A stretch of DNA of 64,000 bases, from positions 32,001 through 96,000 of IMG/VR virus record IMGVR_UViG_3300024054_000269; one strand, written 5' to 3'. Under the pieces are notes generated by a model. It was given only the letters and a program-made list of their open reading frames with translations, did no database searches and was not told the DNA's origin. The DNA is from a virus. Below, piece by piece: positions 26,569 through 36,320 of this stretch. The first letter of the stretch is position 1, and the number at the start of each line of letters is the position of its first letter. A program made the translations under genes and the position numbers.

Positions 26569-28575
26569 ATGCCAGCTTCTAACATATACGGAAAAATCAA
26601 GGACATGCGATCTATGATCGTTGATGTCCTTAGCACTGTTAATAAACAAGTAAGTTGGTTTGCTGCTAAAGATGGTGAAAATGTTCATTTTACAATGACT
26701 GGCGCACGAATTAGTACAAAACCATTCGTTATTGGATTTATACCACCTGATGACCCAGTTGATTTTATACCGATAGCACAGAAGAAAGCAAGACTTAGAA
26801 AACTTCCGATTGATTTAGTTGCTCAAGATCAATCGGGTAAAAGGGCTGTTAGAGTAAATAGGGTTGACTATGGTAAAAAAGAAGAAGTTGCATACGAAAA
26901 CAAGGGATTTTCACCTTCAGATTTGAGAAAAGCTTATTTTGCAGCTGGTAAAAAAGTTCTTGGCATGGAACCTTCTGAAGAGTTTGTTTGCTTTTTGTTC
27001 GGACAAGCTAGAAATGAAATCGGGTGCACGGCTGATAGACCAGGATGTGGTGCACCCGTATATAATTTAGGTGGTGTTCATGGATCGACTAAACAACTTA
27101 AATTGGCAGACCCGTGTGATAGAAAATCAGAAGTAGTTTCTTCCGATGAAGAAAAAGAAAAAGCACAACCAAAAACTGGAAAGTTTTATTTAAAAACCGA
27201 CACATTTGGTACACCTGGAAATTGTTCAAATGGAAAACGATGTGAAAATTTAATAACGCCAGGCGATAGAAAGCAGGGCTTGAATAGATGCGCGTTCGGT
27301 GTTTATTTTAAAGGATATAAAAACTTAGAAGAAGGGGCCGCAAGCAAAATACAGTTCGTAGCTTCTGGTTATCCAGAAGCTATTTTTGCAAAAACTCCTG
27401 AAGAATACGTCCAAAAAATTTGTCCAAAAGGTGCGACTGGTCAAGGAACTTGTTATTTTGACTGGCGCGCAATGGATGATTACACACAAGGCGTGAAAAA
27501 AGGTTGTGACACATATCAAAAGAAATTTTTAGGTAAAGAGGGAGCAATCCAACCGGATTCTCCTGAAGAGGAGGCAGCAACACCTGAAGAAACTTTAGAT
27601 GTAGTTATGAAAAATTCTGATGCCGCTGAAACTACTATTACTGAGGATGATACGTATTTTAGAACTGGTAGAGACATTGAAGTTGACGAGACAAGATTAT
27701 CATCTGTTTATGAACAAGTGACTGCTTTAAAACAACAAATCGACATCTTCAATAGAACTCCGCCCTTAGTTTTATTGATAAATCCGCAAGAATTCAATAG
27801 AAATTATGAAAGAGCAGTTGACGATGGAAACAAAGGACGTCAAAAAAACATAGTTCATATGTGGCTTGAACGTCCAATGACGTTATCAGCCAGTGGTCAA
27901 ACCGCTGCTCAGTACGTTCTCAATGCTGATAACACTGGCGGACTTACTCATCACAAACGCATTCATAGTTTGAGCTATTTGAATTTGATGTCGTTAGTTC
28001 AAATTTACAAAAATAACGGAGTTATATATACGAATTTACCAGAAAATGAAGGTGTTGCAGTTCTTCCAATGAGCATTTTTATTTATTATGACAATCATTT
28101 ATACATTGGTTCATTCGATGACTTCGAAGTTTCTGACTCAGGTGACAAACCATTCAATTTGAGCTATTCGTTTAAATTTACTGTTCGTTATGACATGGAA
28201 ACAACTCTTAGCGCAGGAAAAGCACCAACTATTCCGGATTCAATAGAGGATAAGATAGGAACTGTTGACGTAGAGGCTGAAATTGCAGCCGAAGAGAAAG
28301 CGGCCAATACTCAATTGTTTAAATTTTATACTGAAGAACTTGGTTTGTCTGAAACTGAGGCTATAGAACAAATACAACAATCACAGACTCAGCCATCTGA
28401 GGAAACGCTAAAACAATTCGAGGAAAATTTGTTGTCTGGGAAATTGAATAGCTTTAATGGTGAGGATGTTGTTTTTCCAAGTGACAATAAAACAACAAAG
28501 ACAAACAAAACATCTGGTTCAGGAAAAGCTAACACGGATTTATTAAACAAATTCAAAAGAGCTTTTGGTGATTAA
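26569..28575 (+). CDS. Second tube-initiator paralog with a GH73/FlgJ-like muramidase domain
   Basis: QARNEIG...YNLGGVH...FKGYKNLEEGAASKIQFV...PEEYVQKI...DYTQGV resembles GH73; C-terminal domain (LLINPQEF...W.ERPMTLSAS...IGSFDDFEV...SFKFTV) parallels the upstream gene. Confidence 0.6.
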   Translation: MPASNIYGKIKDMRSMIVDVLSTVNKQVSWFAAKDGENVHFTMTGARISTKPFVIGFIPPDDPVDFIPIAQKKARLRKLPIDLVAQDQSGKRAVRVNRVDYGKKEEVAYENKGFSPSDLRKAYFAAGKKVLGMEPSEEFVCFLFGQARNEIGCTADRPGCGAPVYNLGGVHGSTKQLKLADPCDRKSEVVSSDEEKEKAQPKTGKFYLKTDTFGTPGNCSNGKRCENLITPGDRKQGLNRCAFGVYFKGYKNLEEGAASKIQFVASGYPEAIFAKTPEEYVQKICPKGATGQGTCYFDWRAMDDYTQGVKKGCDTYQKKFLGKEGAIQPDSPEEEAATPEETLDVVMKNSDAAETTITEDDTYFRTGRDIEVDETRLSSVYEQVTALKQQIDIFNRTPPLVLLINPQEFNRNYERAVDDGNKGRQKNIVHMWLERPMTLSASGQTAAQYVLNADNTGGLTHHKRIHSLSYLNLMSLVQIYKNNGVIYTNLPENEGVAVLPMSIFIYYDNHLYIGSFDDFEVSDSGDKPFNLSYSFKFTVRYDMETTLSAGKAPTIPDSIEDKIGTVDVEAEIAAEEKAANTQLFKFYTEELGLSETEAIEQIQQSQTQPSEETLKQFEENLLSGKLNSFNGEDVVFPSDNKTTKTNKTSGSGKANTDLLNKFKRAFGD

Positions 28576-31500
28576 ATGACAAGAGTTTCTGCATTCAAAG
28601 GAACCTATATACCTAATAGGAGACCCTATATAACACTTACCCCAGATGTTTATGTTTCGATACAGGGCGAGACCTCGGTCATCGGATGTGGTGAATGTCG
28701 TCGTGAAATATCATTTAATAGATATTTGACTTCAGTTAGTACTGAAGCCAGCGTTGATTCTCCGCCAGGGTCTGCAAATTTTACATTATCAATTCCTGAC
28801 ACTGACGTTAACGATTTTTATGTAAACGGACAATTCTTAATTGTTCCGATGATGGAGATTGAAATTTATGCTAAAGGTTATTTCACGGTTGGTGGTTTTC
28901 CACAATATTATAAAATTTTCTGGGGTTTAGTCTCATCAGTTACTAAAAATTGGTCAAATGGAACAACTACAATTACCGTCAATTGCAGAGATATTTTAAG
29001 GTGGTGGGAACTCACGTATCTAACGATGAACCCAGCTTTTGTTGATCCGATTGGAAGTTCAGCCGGAAATTTCCAATTTTGGGGAAATCAATTTGCTGGA
29101 TCAAATCCTTACGAAGTTATAATATCACTTGCTAAAGAATCTATGGGCGATTTTTCGCATACAACTGGTTCTTTTATACAGTATAGGCCTGATCAAGGGC
29201 CAGAAAGACAAGTTACTGGTGAATATGTAAAAGACATAATGGCTTATTGGCAATTGAAATTTGGTAACATATGGAACAATTTGGTTTTGTATGGATCGTC
29301 AGGAACTGCTTATACACTGAATGCTACCGATAAAAATATAAGGCCACGTCAAATTGCAATGTCAATATTTGAAGAAGAATCAAATATTGTAAGATATAAT
29401 CAACAAACAGCTATTTTTAGAATTCAACCAACTGAAGTCGCGGTTTTTAGAAAACAACTCGCAAAAGCCGCCGAGGTCGATTTCTTTCAGGCTGAACAAC
29501 GTAGCAAATTATCGATAGCAATGGATGCTAGAGACCAAGCTGGCAATTATGAATTCTATTGTGATACCACTGGTGACATAGTGTTCAAGCCACCGTTTTA
29601 TAATTTAAATGTTATGCCGAATAAACCAACTTCTTGGATTCAAGATTTTGAAATAATAGATGACAGCGTTACAGATTCTGAAGCGGAAGTTTTTACCCAC
29701 ATAACATCAAGTGGCAATGCTTTTGGTGGTGTTATGGATTGGGGCTTAAATGACGAAATAACAACACCGAGAACAGCGGTGTACGATTATCATCTTTTGA
29801 GAAGATATGGATGGAGAAGATTAGATTATCAAGTTGAGTGGGCTGGTAACCCAAGAAAATTATTCTTTCATTTGTTTGATGTTTTGGATAGAACAAATGC
29901 GAAACGCCAATATGGGAATATAACAATTCCCATGCGACCTGAGCTTCGCATGGGATTCCCCGTTTGGGTTCCAAAATATGATTCATTTTTTTACGTTTCT
30001 GGAATATCGCACAATTTCTCAGCTGGTGGACAAGCAACTACTGTTCTTACGCTTACTGCTAAACGCAGCAAATTCATAGCACCAAGAAACATAGGACGAG
30101 TTGACAAAACAGGCGCAAGTGATTCGCCCCCAAATAAAAATAAAAGCAAAATAAATAAGAAGCAAAAGAAAAATAGTAGTGTTGTTCTAAAAGAAGTTGA
30201 TGAAATACCAAATTCCGAAATAAATCCACTTTTTAGAATCGAATTCCCATCAGAGACCGGTGAAACGATCGGTTTAAATCAAGCCAATACGACAAGAGAT
30301 TGGGACCAACCAGTTATACTCCGACATCCAGAAACTGGAAGAATGCTCGGATTCCCAAATGCTGTTATGGTATATAGGACAACTTATGATGGTCAAAAAT
30401 TAGCAACTATATTAGCAAAATCCGGTAGCATGGAACATGACAATCCAAAAGACAAAAACCCGAAGTCTGCTGAGGGTACGCCTTTAAATTATAACAAAGT
30501 AATTGCTGAAGTTCGTGAGTTACTGCGCCAGCAAAAGAAATCTGAGTTAATTGGTAGGCTTAGATCACACAGATATGAAGCCGCTGTAACAAGTCTTGGT
30601 GCTTATGACTATGCACATGATACTAGCGGTTATTTTAAAGAAATGGCAATAGTTCCAACAGAAAGCGTTACTTATTCATCTGGAACTACTGATCCGAACG
30701 ATGCTATAAGAATTTCAAAGGCTTCTCCTAATGAAATAAAAAAGCAAAACACAGAGTTCAAAAAAACACGTAATGAACTTGAGAAAAAACTTAGAGACAT
30801 AAAGAAAAAAGAAAAAGACGCTGAAAAGAAATTCAATCAAAAATTGGTGGAGTTAAGAAGGAAATCAGGAAATGACACAACAAAACAAACAAACTCAACA
30901 AAAAAGCAGATATCGGATGTTGAAAAATCAATAAAAGAGTCTAAAACTAAACTTGAGAAGATACTTAAAGAGTTGGCTAAAGAAACTAAAAAACAATCGG
31001 ATTTAAGTATTGAACGTGATAAACTTGAACAGGCTATATTTAGTCTTGGGTACGTTCCGACTGCTAAAGGTTTTGTTTTACCGAAATCTGAATTAGATTC
31101 ACCAAAACAAGCCCTAAACGCAGACGCTAAAACTAAAATAAAAATTAATAAATCATCTCAATCTGGTAAGAATGCAGCCGAAGAGTATAAAAAACTAACA
31201 ACAAATCAAACGACAAACACAAATAACGCCGGAACTGACAGTGCACAATTTATTAAATTAAAGAACGACTATGATAAAGCTGTTTCAAATATTGAAAAAC
31301 AAAACGAAATAATAAACAAAATTCAAACTAGTCAAACTTCTGCGCAGCAAAAATTTAGTGAACTTGAAAATCAGTTGGCAGCTTTAAAAGTTTCACAAGG
31401 TGATTTCAAAACTGGTCAAATATCAAAATTAAAATCTGATATAAAAGAATTGGGAGAAAAAATAGATAAATTGCAAATCCGAATAGAAAAGCTTAAGTCT

Positions 31501-33111
31501 GGTGAAGAAGAAACATTAGATGAAACAGACAGAGCGAAAAAACTTTCTGATTCTAGAAGGGAACTCCAAAAGTTGGTAGTTGATTATGATCAATTACAGA
31601 AAAAATTAAGAGTAGCTGAAGATGAATTTGAGGAGGCCGCAACTGAATCTGACGATTTATTTAATATAAGAGTTCAACGTGCTGAACTTGAAAAACAATT
31701 AGATGACTTAAATAGCAAAATAGCAAAAAATAGAATTTTGCCAAATTTAAACATTATGATAAGGCCAGTTTCTGACGAATTTGGATTTGAAGTTATAGGC
31801 CATTATAGATACGGACGCGGAGCATTCATAGACAGAGGCAAAGTAAAAATCGAAGTTGGTGGTAAAGATCGTCCAATTGTGAATGATTTAGGCATTCAAT
31901 TTGCGGCGACTGGTTCATTAATTGAAAATTTTCCAATGGATGTTAACTTAGCAACCAACGGTCCTGAAACTTTAAACTTTGCTGAAGCATTCGAAGATAT
32001 GCGACCAGAAGATTGGATGACAGGAGCGTCATTTAAAGCTAATTTTTCTGGAAAGGATTCGCTTGACGGCATAAATTACACTGGCCAAGAAACTTATTCC
32101 TCAAATCTGAAAGCCTCAAAAACTACAACAGTCTTTGTCGAAGCTGATTCATTGAGGAAATCATTAACTTTAGCCGAATTGAAACCATCAATTAATATGG
32201 GCGCACTAAGTGAAGCGGTAGAAGATTGTGACTGTTGGTTAGGCAAAGCAGAATGGCTTTCGGTTTTGCCTAAAAGTGTTGTTGGTTCTATCCTAGGTAA
32301 AGAAAACATTAACAATCAGCTTCTAAATCCAACAGGAACCGAAACTCAAATCGGACTTCAAACACCAAGCCCGCAAGGATTTTTCAAAAAATTGAATGAA
32401 TTCTTACAAGACAAATTTGATCTCGAATACGGATATAATGTTTCCAGGGAAAAACAAAATACAACCGGTGGTGTAACTGTATTTGCACAACCTCAGTTAC
32501 CAAGAACTGATAACATTTTGGGTGATCTGCAATCTTCGCTTTTCCAACGCGCTGCACTTGGTGACCCAGATGCACTAGAAGCAATGAAAGCAGATGTTAA
32601 TTTTGCATTTGGAGAGACTGAGAAAGCATGGAAAGATTTCAATAAAGAACTTTCAGCTTCTGGAGCAAAAATCAAACAAGCTTCAGAAGATTTCAGAGAA
32701 TCACTTAAAATGCCAACGCCAACTGCATCGGTAACAACTAAGAGCCCGAACGAACAGAAACTGGAAGAAGCTCAAAAGCAATTGAAGGATGTTAAAGACA
32801 AGTTGAAAAAAGCACAAGAAATACTTCAACAACATCCTGATTCTGTGAATGCACAGGCGGATGTTAAGAAACTTCAAAAGGAAGAATCAAAATTGCAGGC
32901 TAAGGTTGATTTCTTGAAAAAGAAAGTTGACGGAACATCAACTGGTGGTCAATATCAACCAGAAGCAAAAGTACCGCCTGGGATATTTGATGCTGTACGT
33001 TTGGCTGCAGCACTTGAGTCTGAGCGGCTTTCAAGTCAAGAAAATCCAATGCCGGCAAAGGCTTTTTCTGAGAATCCAGAAGAATTCGAAAGAAAACTGA
33101 CAGGTGGTTAA
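28576..33111 (+). CDS. Baseplate hub protein (gp27/Mu gp44-like) with long coiled-coil insertions
   Basis: Hub-like N-terminus (EFYCDTTGDIVFKPPFYN; MRPELRMGFPVWVPKYDSFFYVSGISHNFS..GQATTVLTLTAKR); K/E-rich heptads at about 30730-31740. Confidence 0.65.
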   Translation: MTRVSAFKGTYIPNRRPYITLTPDVYVSIQGETSVIGCGECRREISFNRYLTSVSTEASVDSPPGSANFTLSIPDTDVNDFYVNGQFLIVPMMEIEIYAKGYFTVGGFPQYYKIFWGLVSSVTKNWSNGTTTITVNCRDILRWWELTYLTMNPAFVDPIGSSAGNFQFWGNQFAGSNPYEVIISLAKESMGDFSHTTGSFIQYRPDQGPERQVTGEYVKDIMAYWQLKFGNIWNNLVLYGSSGTAYTLNATDKNIRPRQIAMSIFEEESNIVRYNQQTAIFRIQPTEVAVFRKQLAKAAEVDFFQAEQRSKLSIAMDARDQAGNYEFYCDTTGDIVFKPPFYNLNVMPNKPTSWIQDFEIIDDSVTDSEAEVFTHITSSGNAFGGVMDWGLNDEITTPRTAVYDYHLLRRYGWRRLDYQVEWAGNPRKLFFHLFDVLDRTNAKRQYGNITIPMRPELRMGFPVWVPKYDSFFYVSGISHNFSAGGQATTVLTLTAKRSKFIAPRNIGRVDKTGASDSPPNKNKSKINKKQKKNSSVVLKEVDEIPNSEINPLFRIEFPSETGETIGLNQANTTRDWDQPVILRHPETGRMLGFPNAVMVYRTTYDGQKLATILAKSGSMEHDNPKDKNPKSAEGTPLNYNKVIAEVRELLRQQKKSELIGRLRSHRYEAAVTSLGAYDYAHDTSGYFKEMAIVPTESVTYSSGTTDPNDAIRISKASPNEIKKQNTEFKKTRNELEKKLRDIKKKEKDAEKKFNQKLVELRRKSGNDTTKQTNSTKKQISDVEKSIKESKTKLEKILKELAKETKKQSDLSIERDKLEQAIFSLGYVPTAKGFVLPKSELDSPKQALNADAKTKIKINKSSQSGKNAAEEYKKLTTNQTTNTNNAGTDSAQFIKLKNDYDKAVSNIEKQNEIINKIQTSQTSAQQKFSELENQLAALKVSQGDFKTGQISKLKSDIKELGEKIDKLQIRIEKLKSGEEETLDETDRAKKLSDSRRELQKLVVDYDQLQKKLRVAEDEFEEAATESDDLFNIRVQRAELEKQLDDLNSKIAKNRILPNLNIMIRPVSDEFGFEVIGHYRYGRGAFIDRGKVKIEVGGKDRPIVNDLGIQFAATGSLIENFPMDVNLATNGPETLNFAEAFEDMRPEDWMTGASFKANFSGKDSLDGINYTGQETYSSNLKASKTTTVFVEADSLRKSLTLAELKPSINMGALSEAVEDCDCWLGKAEWLSVLPKSVVGSILGKENINNQLLNPTGTETQIGLQTPSPQGFFKKLNEFLQDKFDLEYGYNVSREKQNTTGGVTVFAQPQLPRTDNILGDLQSSLFQRAALGDPDALEAMKADVNFAFGETEKAWKDFNKELSASGAKIKQASEDFRESLKMPTPTASVTTKSPNEQKLEEAQKQLKDVKDKLKKAQEILQQHPDSVNAQADVKKLQKEESKLQAKVDFLKKKVDGTSTGGQYQPEAKVPPGIFDAVRLAAALESERLSSQENPMPAKAFSENPEEFERKLTGG

Positions 33112-33485
33112 TTTCTTAAAACCTGCAAAAATTTTTGATCACAAAGGCTTGGTTCGTAAACATATAATATAATATTTTCAACCATTCTGTTTACTGGCAT
33201 AACAGAAATCATGGTTTCTATTTTCTTTGTTTTTTGAGTTGTATCAAAACTATGTCTGATTGATTTGATTCTAAAATGAAGTGTTATTGTTTGATATTCA
33301 CCTTCTTCAACATAACAATCTTGTGAATTTAATCCTGAAATATACGAAATTAATTTTTGATTATCTGATGATATATCTATGAAAATACTTTGATTTTCTT
33401 TTATATAAGAATAATTATTCACAATCCATTTTGCCTTCTCAATAATCACTCCGTTAATAGCCGTAACTTGGATGAGAAGGTTCAT
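33108..33485 (-). CDS. Hypothetical AT-rich protein (125 aa), antisense moron in the tail operon
   Basis: ATG start; fills the gap between hub and spike; 4-nt stop overlap with the hub gene. Confidence 0.55.
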   Translation of the reverse strand: MNLLIQVTAINGVIIEKAKWIVNNYSYIKENQSIFIDISSDNQKLISYISGLNSQDCYVEEGEYQTITLHFRIKSIRHSFDTTQKTKKIETMISVMPVNRMVENIILYVYEPSLCDQKFLQVLRN

Positions 33486-33519
33486 TTAAACACAGTACAC
33501 CACCGTATCGTAAACAAGC

Positions 33520-35739
33520 ATGGCACGAAATCCAATGGATATGGACCCAGAGGGTCCGGCTAATATACCACCAATTCCGTCGTCCGACCCAAATTTAGGG
33601 CACGGTGGCATATTAGACCAAAGTCTAAACAACAAATTATCAAAATCATATTTGTGGTCCGGAAGAATTACGCATGTTGATTATGAAACTATGGTTTGTT
33701 CAATTAGGTTCGACACCGGTCTTGGAGAATGGCATGATATACCATTGCCCGCTCCAGCCGGATCAAGTAACAGATCATGGTCAGGAATAGTTCCAGAACC
33801 TGGAACAAAAGTAATCATCGGGTGGACAAAGTATTCTAACAGAGGGTTTAAACCTCAAATAGTTCAATTTCTTACAACTGGCGTTTTCCCAGCTAGGGAG
33901 TTTGAAGTTTTTTCTTCCGCAGATCCGACCATGGCGAAGACAGCTCTGGATATATTACCAGAGTTGGAAGACGACCCAGGTTTGTTTTTGCGTCCTGTTA
34001 GACTAAAGTTAAGAAAGGTTTATCCTGGCGATTATTTAGCCACGTCATCTAGTGGTGCTGATTTTATACTTGACAAAGATGTTTATTTCACAAATCGATC
34101 CGGGAATGAATTCAGATTAAGAGATACTGACCAAACTGCTATATTACAAACAGTCAACACATTTGAATCAAATTCTGCTGGGTATTACAGGAGGGGTCTT
34201 ATAAGAAGAAATGCGTTTGAACTTTTACCAGATCTTGGATTTGATTCAGAAACTGATACGTTCGACAAAACCAAAAACCCTGATGCATTTAACAAATTAG
34301 TAAATTTTGGGATAATCAAAAGTGACGGAACACCTAATTTTCCGGAAGACGCTGATAACATATATCCATTCGATGTCATGCCAGATGGCATGAGAATGAG
34401 TTATATTCATCATGGTGAGACTGATGTTCAATTTTCCGGAAATGAAGCACCAGAAGACTGTTACGTAGAAGATAGAATTGAATTAAGACATACGCACACT
34501 GGAGTGATGGAGGTAACTGAAGAAGGCGACGGATTTCAGTTAGAAAGATTTGATCCGTACATTGAAGATGTTAGCGGAACTGTAGTTGGAAATGATCCAT
34601 TTTCTGAAGATGGCAGAACTCTATACAAAAGAATTCTGTCAATGCGTTTGTTCAATAATTTTGACGCAGAGTGGAACCCGGGCATAAAACCAAGATTTTA
34701 CGCTGTAGATCAATTAGTAAGAGGATCTGAAGATGCTGATACGTTAGCGTTGGCTCGTCTTTTCAAAATAAAATGTCCAAGAAATAATAATCAATTTGTG
34801 TTTGGTATAACTAAAGAAGGAAGAGCTTTTTTACATGTTCCATCAAGTACCGGCAACATACCTGATGAAAAAGGAAAATCAATAGATATTTTTACAGCCG
34901 GAAAAATAAGAGCCGCTATAGGTAAAGATCCATCGGATAGTAGAAGCTTAGACGTAGCTTTTTCTGGCGGAATTAGGCTTGACATCGGTAGAAGTACAAG
35001 TGGGCATTCAATAGAAGTCAAATATTCAGGTCCGATTAGGCAGATTTTCGCTGGTAATGATGACAACGGAATAGCATCGCAAACAACTATTGGTGGAAGC
35101 TCATACGAAGCAACAAGTGGTGATAAATTTGTAAGCGTAAGCGGTGGTAGTTCAGAGGTCATCGGTGGTGATAAAACGATCGAATCAGAGAGACTAACAG
35201 TAAACTCCGGGACTGGCGGTTTCGCTTTAAAAGCTGCTGGAAACGTAAGTGAGACGATTCTTGGTAAAAAAGATTATAAAATAGCACTTCTTCAGAACGA
35301 AGTTTATGCTTTAGGTCGCGTTGCACTCACTTTGGCTGGCGGCATATCAGACACATTATTAGCCGGTGCGTATGCAAGAACTGTTACAGCTGGAACTATA
35401 GTTGATACAGTAGCGGCTGGTAATTATTCACAATCTGTTGGTGCTGGCAACATGTCAGTAGCTGTTGGTGCTGGCAACATGTCAGTAGCTGTTGGTGCTG
35501 GCAATTTGTCTTTGGTTACAGCGGCTGGTGCCGCAACTTTGGCATCAACCACATCAACAATTGTTGCATCGACTGGCGTTACACAAATACTTGGCCCAGT
35601 TGTTAAAATAGGAACGGTGCCAGGACCATTCGGTATTGGCAATGCGGTTGCTGGAGTGCCTGGCCCACCAGTTGTTTTTACGTGCTATATCACAGGACTC
35701 CCAGCACGTGGGATTTCAACTATTTTCTTAGGGCCATAA
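33520..35739 (+). CDS. Baseplate central spike (gp5/gp45/VgrG-like)
   Basis: N-terminal OB-fold (GRITHVDYETMVCSI...IVPEPGTKVIIGW); C-terminal beta-helix repeats (VGAGNMSV). Confidence 0.75.
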   Translation: MARNPMDMDPEGPANIPPIPSSDPNLGHGGILDQSLNNKLSKSYLWSGRITHVDYETMVCSIRFDTGLGEWHDIPLPAPAGSSNRSWSGIVPEPGTKVIIGWTKYSNRGFKPQIVQFLTTGVFPAREFEVFSSADPTMAKTALDILPELEDDPGLFLRPVRLKLRKVYPGDYLATSSSGADFILDKDVYFTNRSGNEFRLRDTDQTAILQTVNTFESNSAGYYRRGLIRRNAFELLPDLGFDSETDTFDKTKNPDAFNKLVNFGIIKSDGTPNFPEDADNIYPFDVMPDGMRMSYIHHGETDVQFSGNEAPEDCYVEDRIELRHTHTGVMEVTEEGDGFQLERFDPYIEDVSGTVVGNDPFSEDGRTLYKRILSMRLFNNFDAEWNPGIKPRFYAVDQLVRGSEDADTLALARLFKIKCPRNNNQFVFGITKEGRAFLHVPSSTGNIPDEKGKSIDIFTAGKIRAAIGKDPSDSRSLDVAFSGGIRLDIGRSTSGHSIEVKYSGPIRQIFAGNDDNGIASQTTIGGSSYEATSGDKFVSVSGGSSEVIGGDKTIESERLTVNSGTGGFALKAAGNVSETILGKKDYKIALLQNEVYALGRVALTLAGGISDTLLAGAYARTVTAGTIVDTVAAGNYSQSVGAGNMSVAVGAGNMSVAVGAGNLSLVTAAGAATLASTTSTIVASTGVTQILGPVVKIGTVPGPFGIGNAVAGVPGPPVVFTCYITGLPARGISTIFLGP
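35437..35504 (+). repeat. 27-bp tandem repeat (VGAGNMSVA) x2.5 in the spike beta-helix
   Basis: GTTGGTGCTGGCAACATGTCAGTAGCT identical at 35437 and 35464, partial at 35491. Confidence 0.9.
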
Positions 35740-36320
35740 TGGCAATTAATCAAATCACAGTTCTACCAATTGTTACCGGTGCTTTGACGTCCAATGGCAT
35801 AGTTGGAGTATCAATGCCCCAATTAGCATTAGCATTAACAAATGGGCTTGTTCAATATGTTTTGACTGGCATAACAATAACATCTCAGGATGTTGGAACA
35901 GTCGGGTCTGGTGTTGGCACTGGTTTTGGAATTTCTCTTGAAGTTCCAATTTTATTTCAAAATTTTCAAACAACTTTTACAGCTGCTGGCATAAATGGAA
36001 CGCATTCAAGATTAATTATTAACGCAATTTCAACAGCTTATTCATCAGTGTTTAGAATAGCAAATATGGTAACAACTAACGTCGGAGTTGCAGTTGGTAC
36101 TGGTGTTGTATCAGTAATACCAAATACAATAATATCAATTCCAACATATATTGGTAATTTTACTGCTTCACTTTTGCTTGGTATATCAGCACCTGCTTTG
36201 GCAACTGCTATCGCTAAAGGCTTGGATCAATCGTTGCCAACAGCTAAAGGTACTGTCATAATAGCTGGTCCACCTTCATCAACATCATCTACAGGAAATG
36301 GGTTGGGCAAAATTCTATGA
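35739..36320 (+). CDS. Small Gly/Thr-rich baseplate (possible spike-tip-associated) protein
   Basis: Likely start is the TAATG overlap at 35739 (MAINQITV...), not 35682. Confidence 0.65.
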   Translation: MAINQITVLPIVTGALTSNGIVGVSMPQLALALTNGLVQYVLTGITITSQDVGTVGSGVGTGFGISLEVPILFQNFQTTFTAAGINGTHSRLIINAISTAYSSVFRIANMVTTNVGVAVGTGVVSVIPNTIISIPTYIGNFTASLLLGISAPALATAIAKGLDQSLPTAKGTVIIAGPPSSTSSTGNGLGKIL

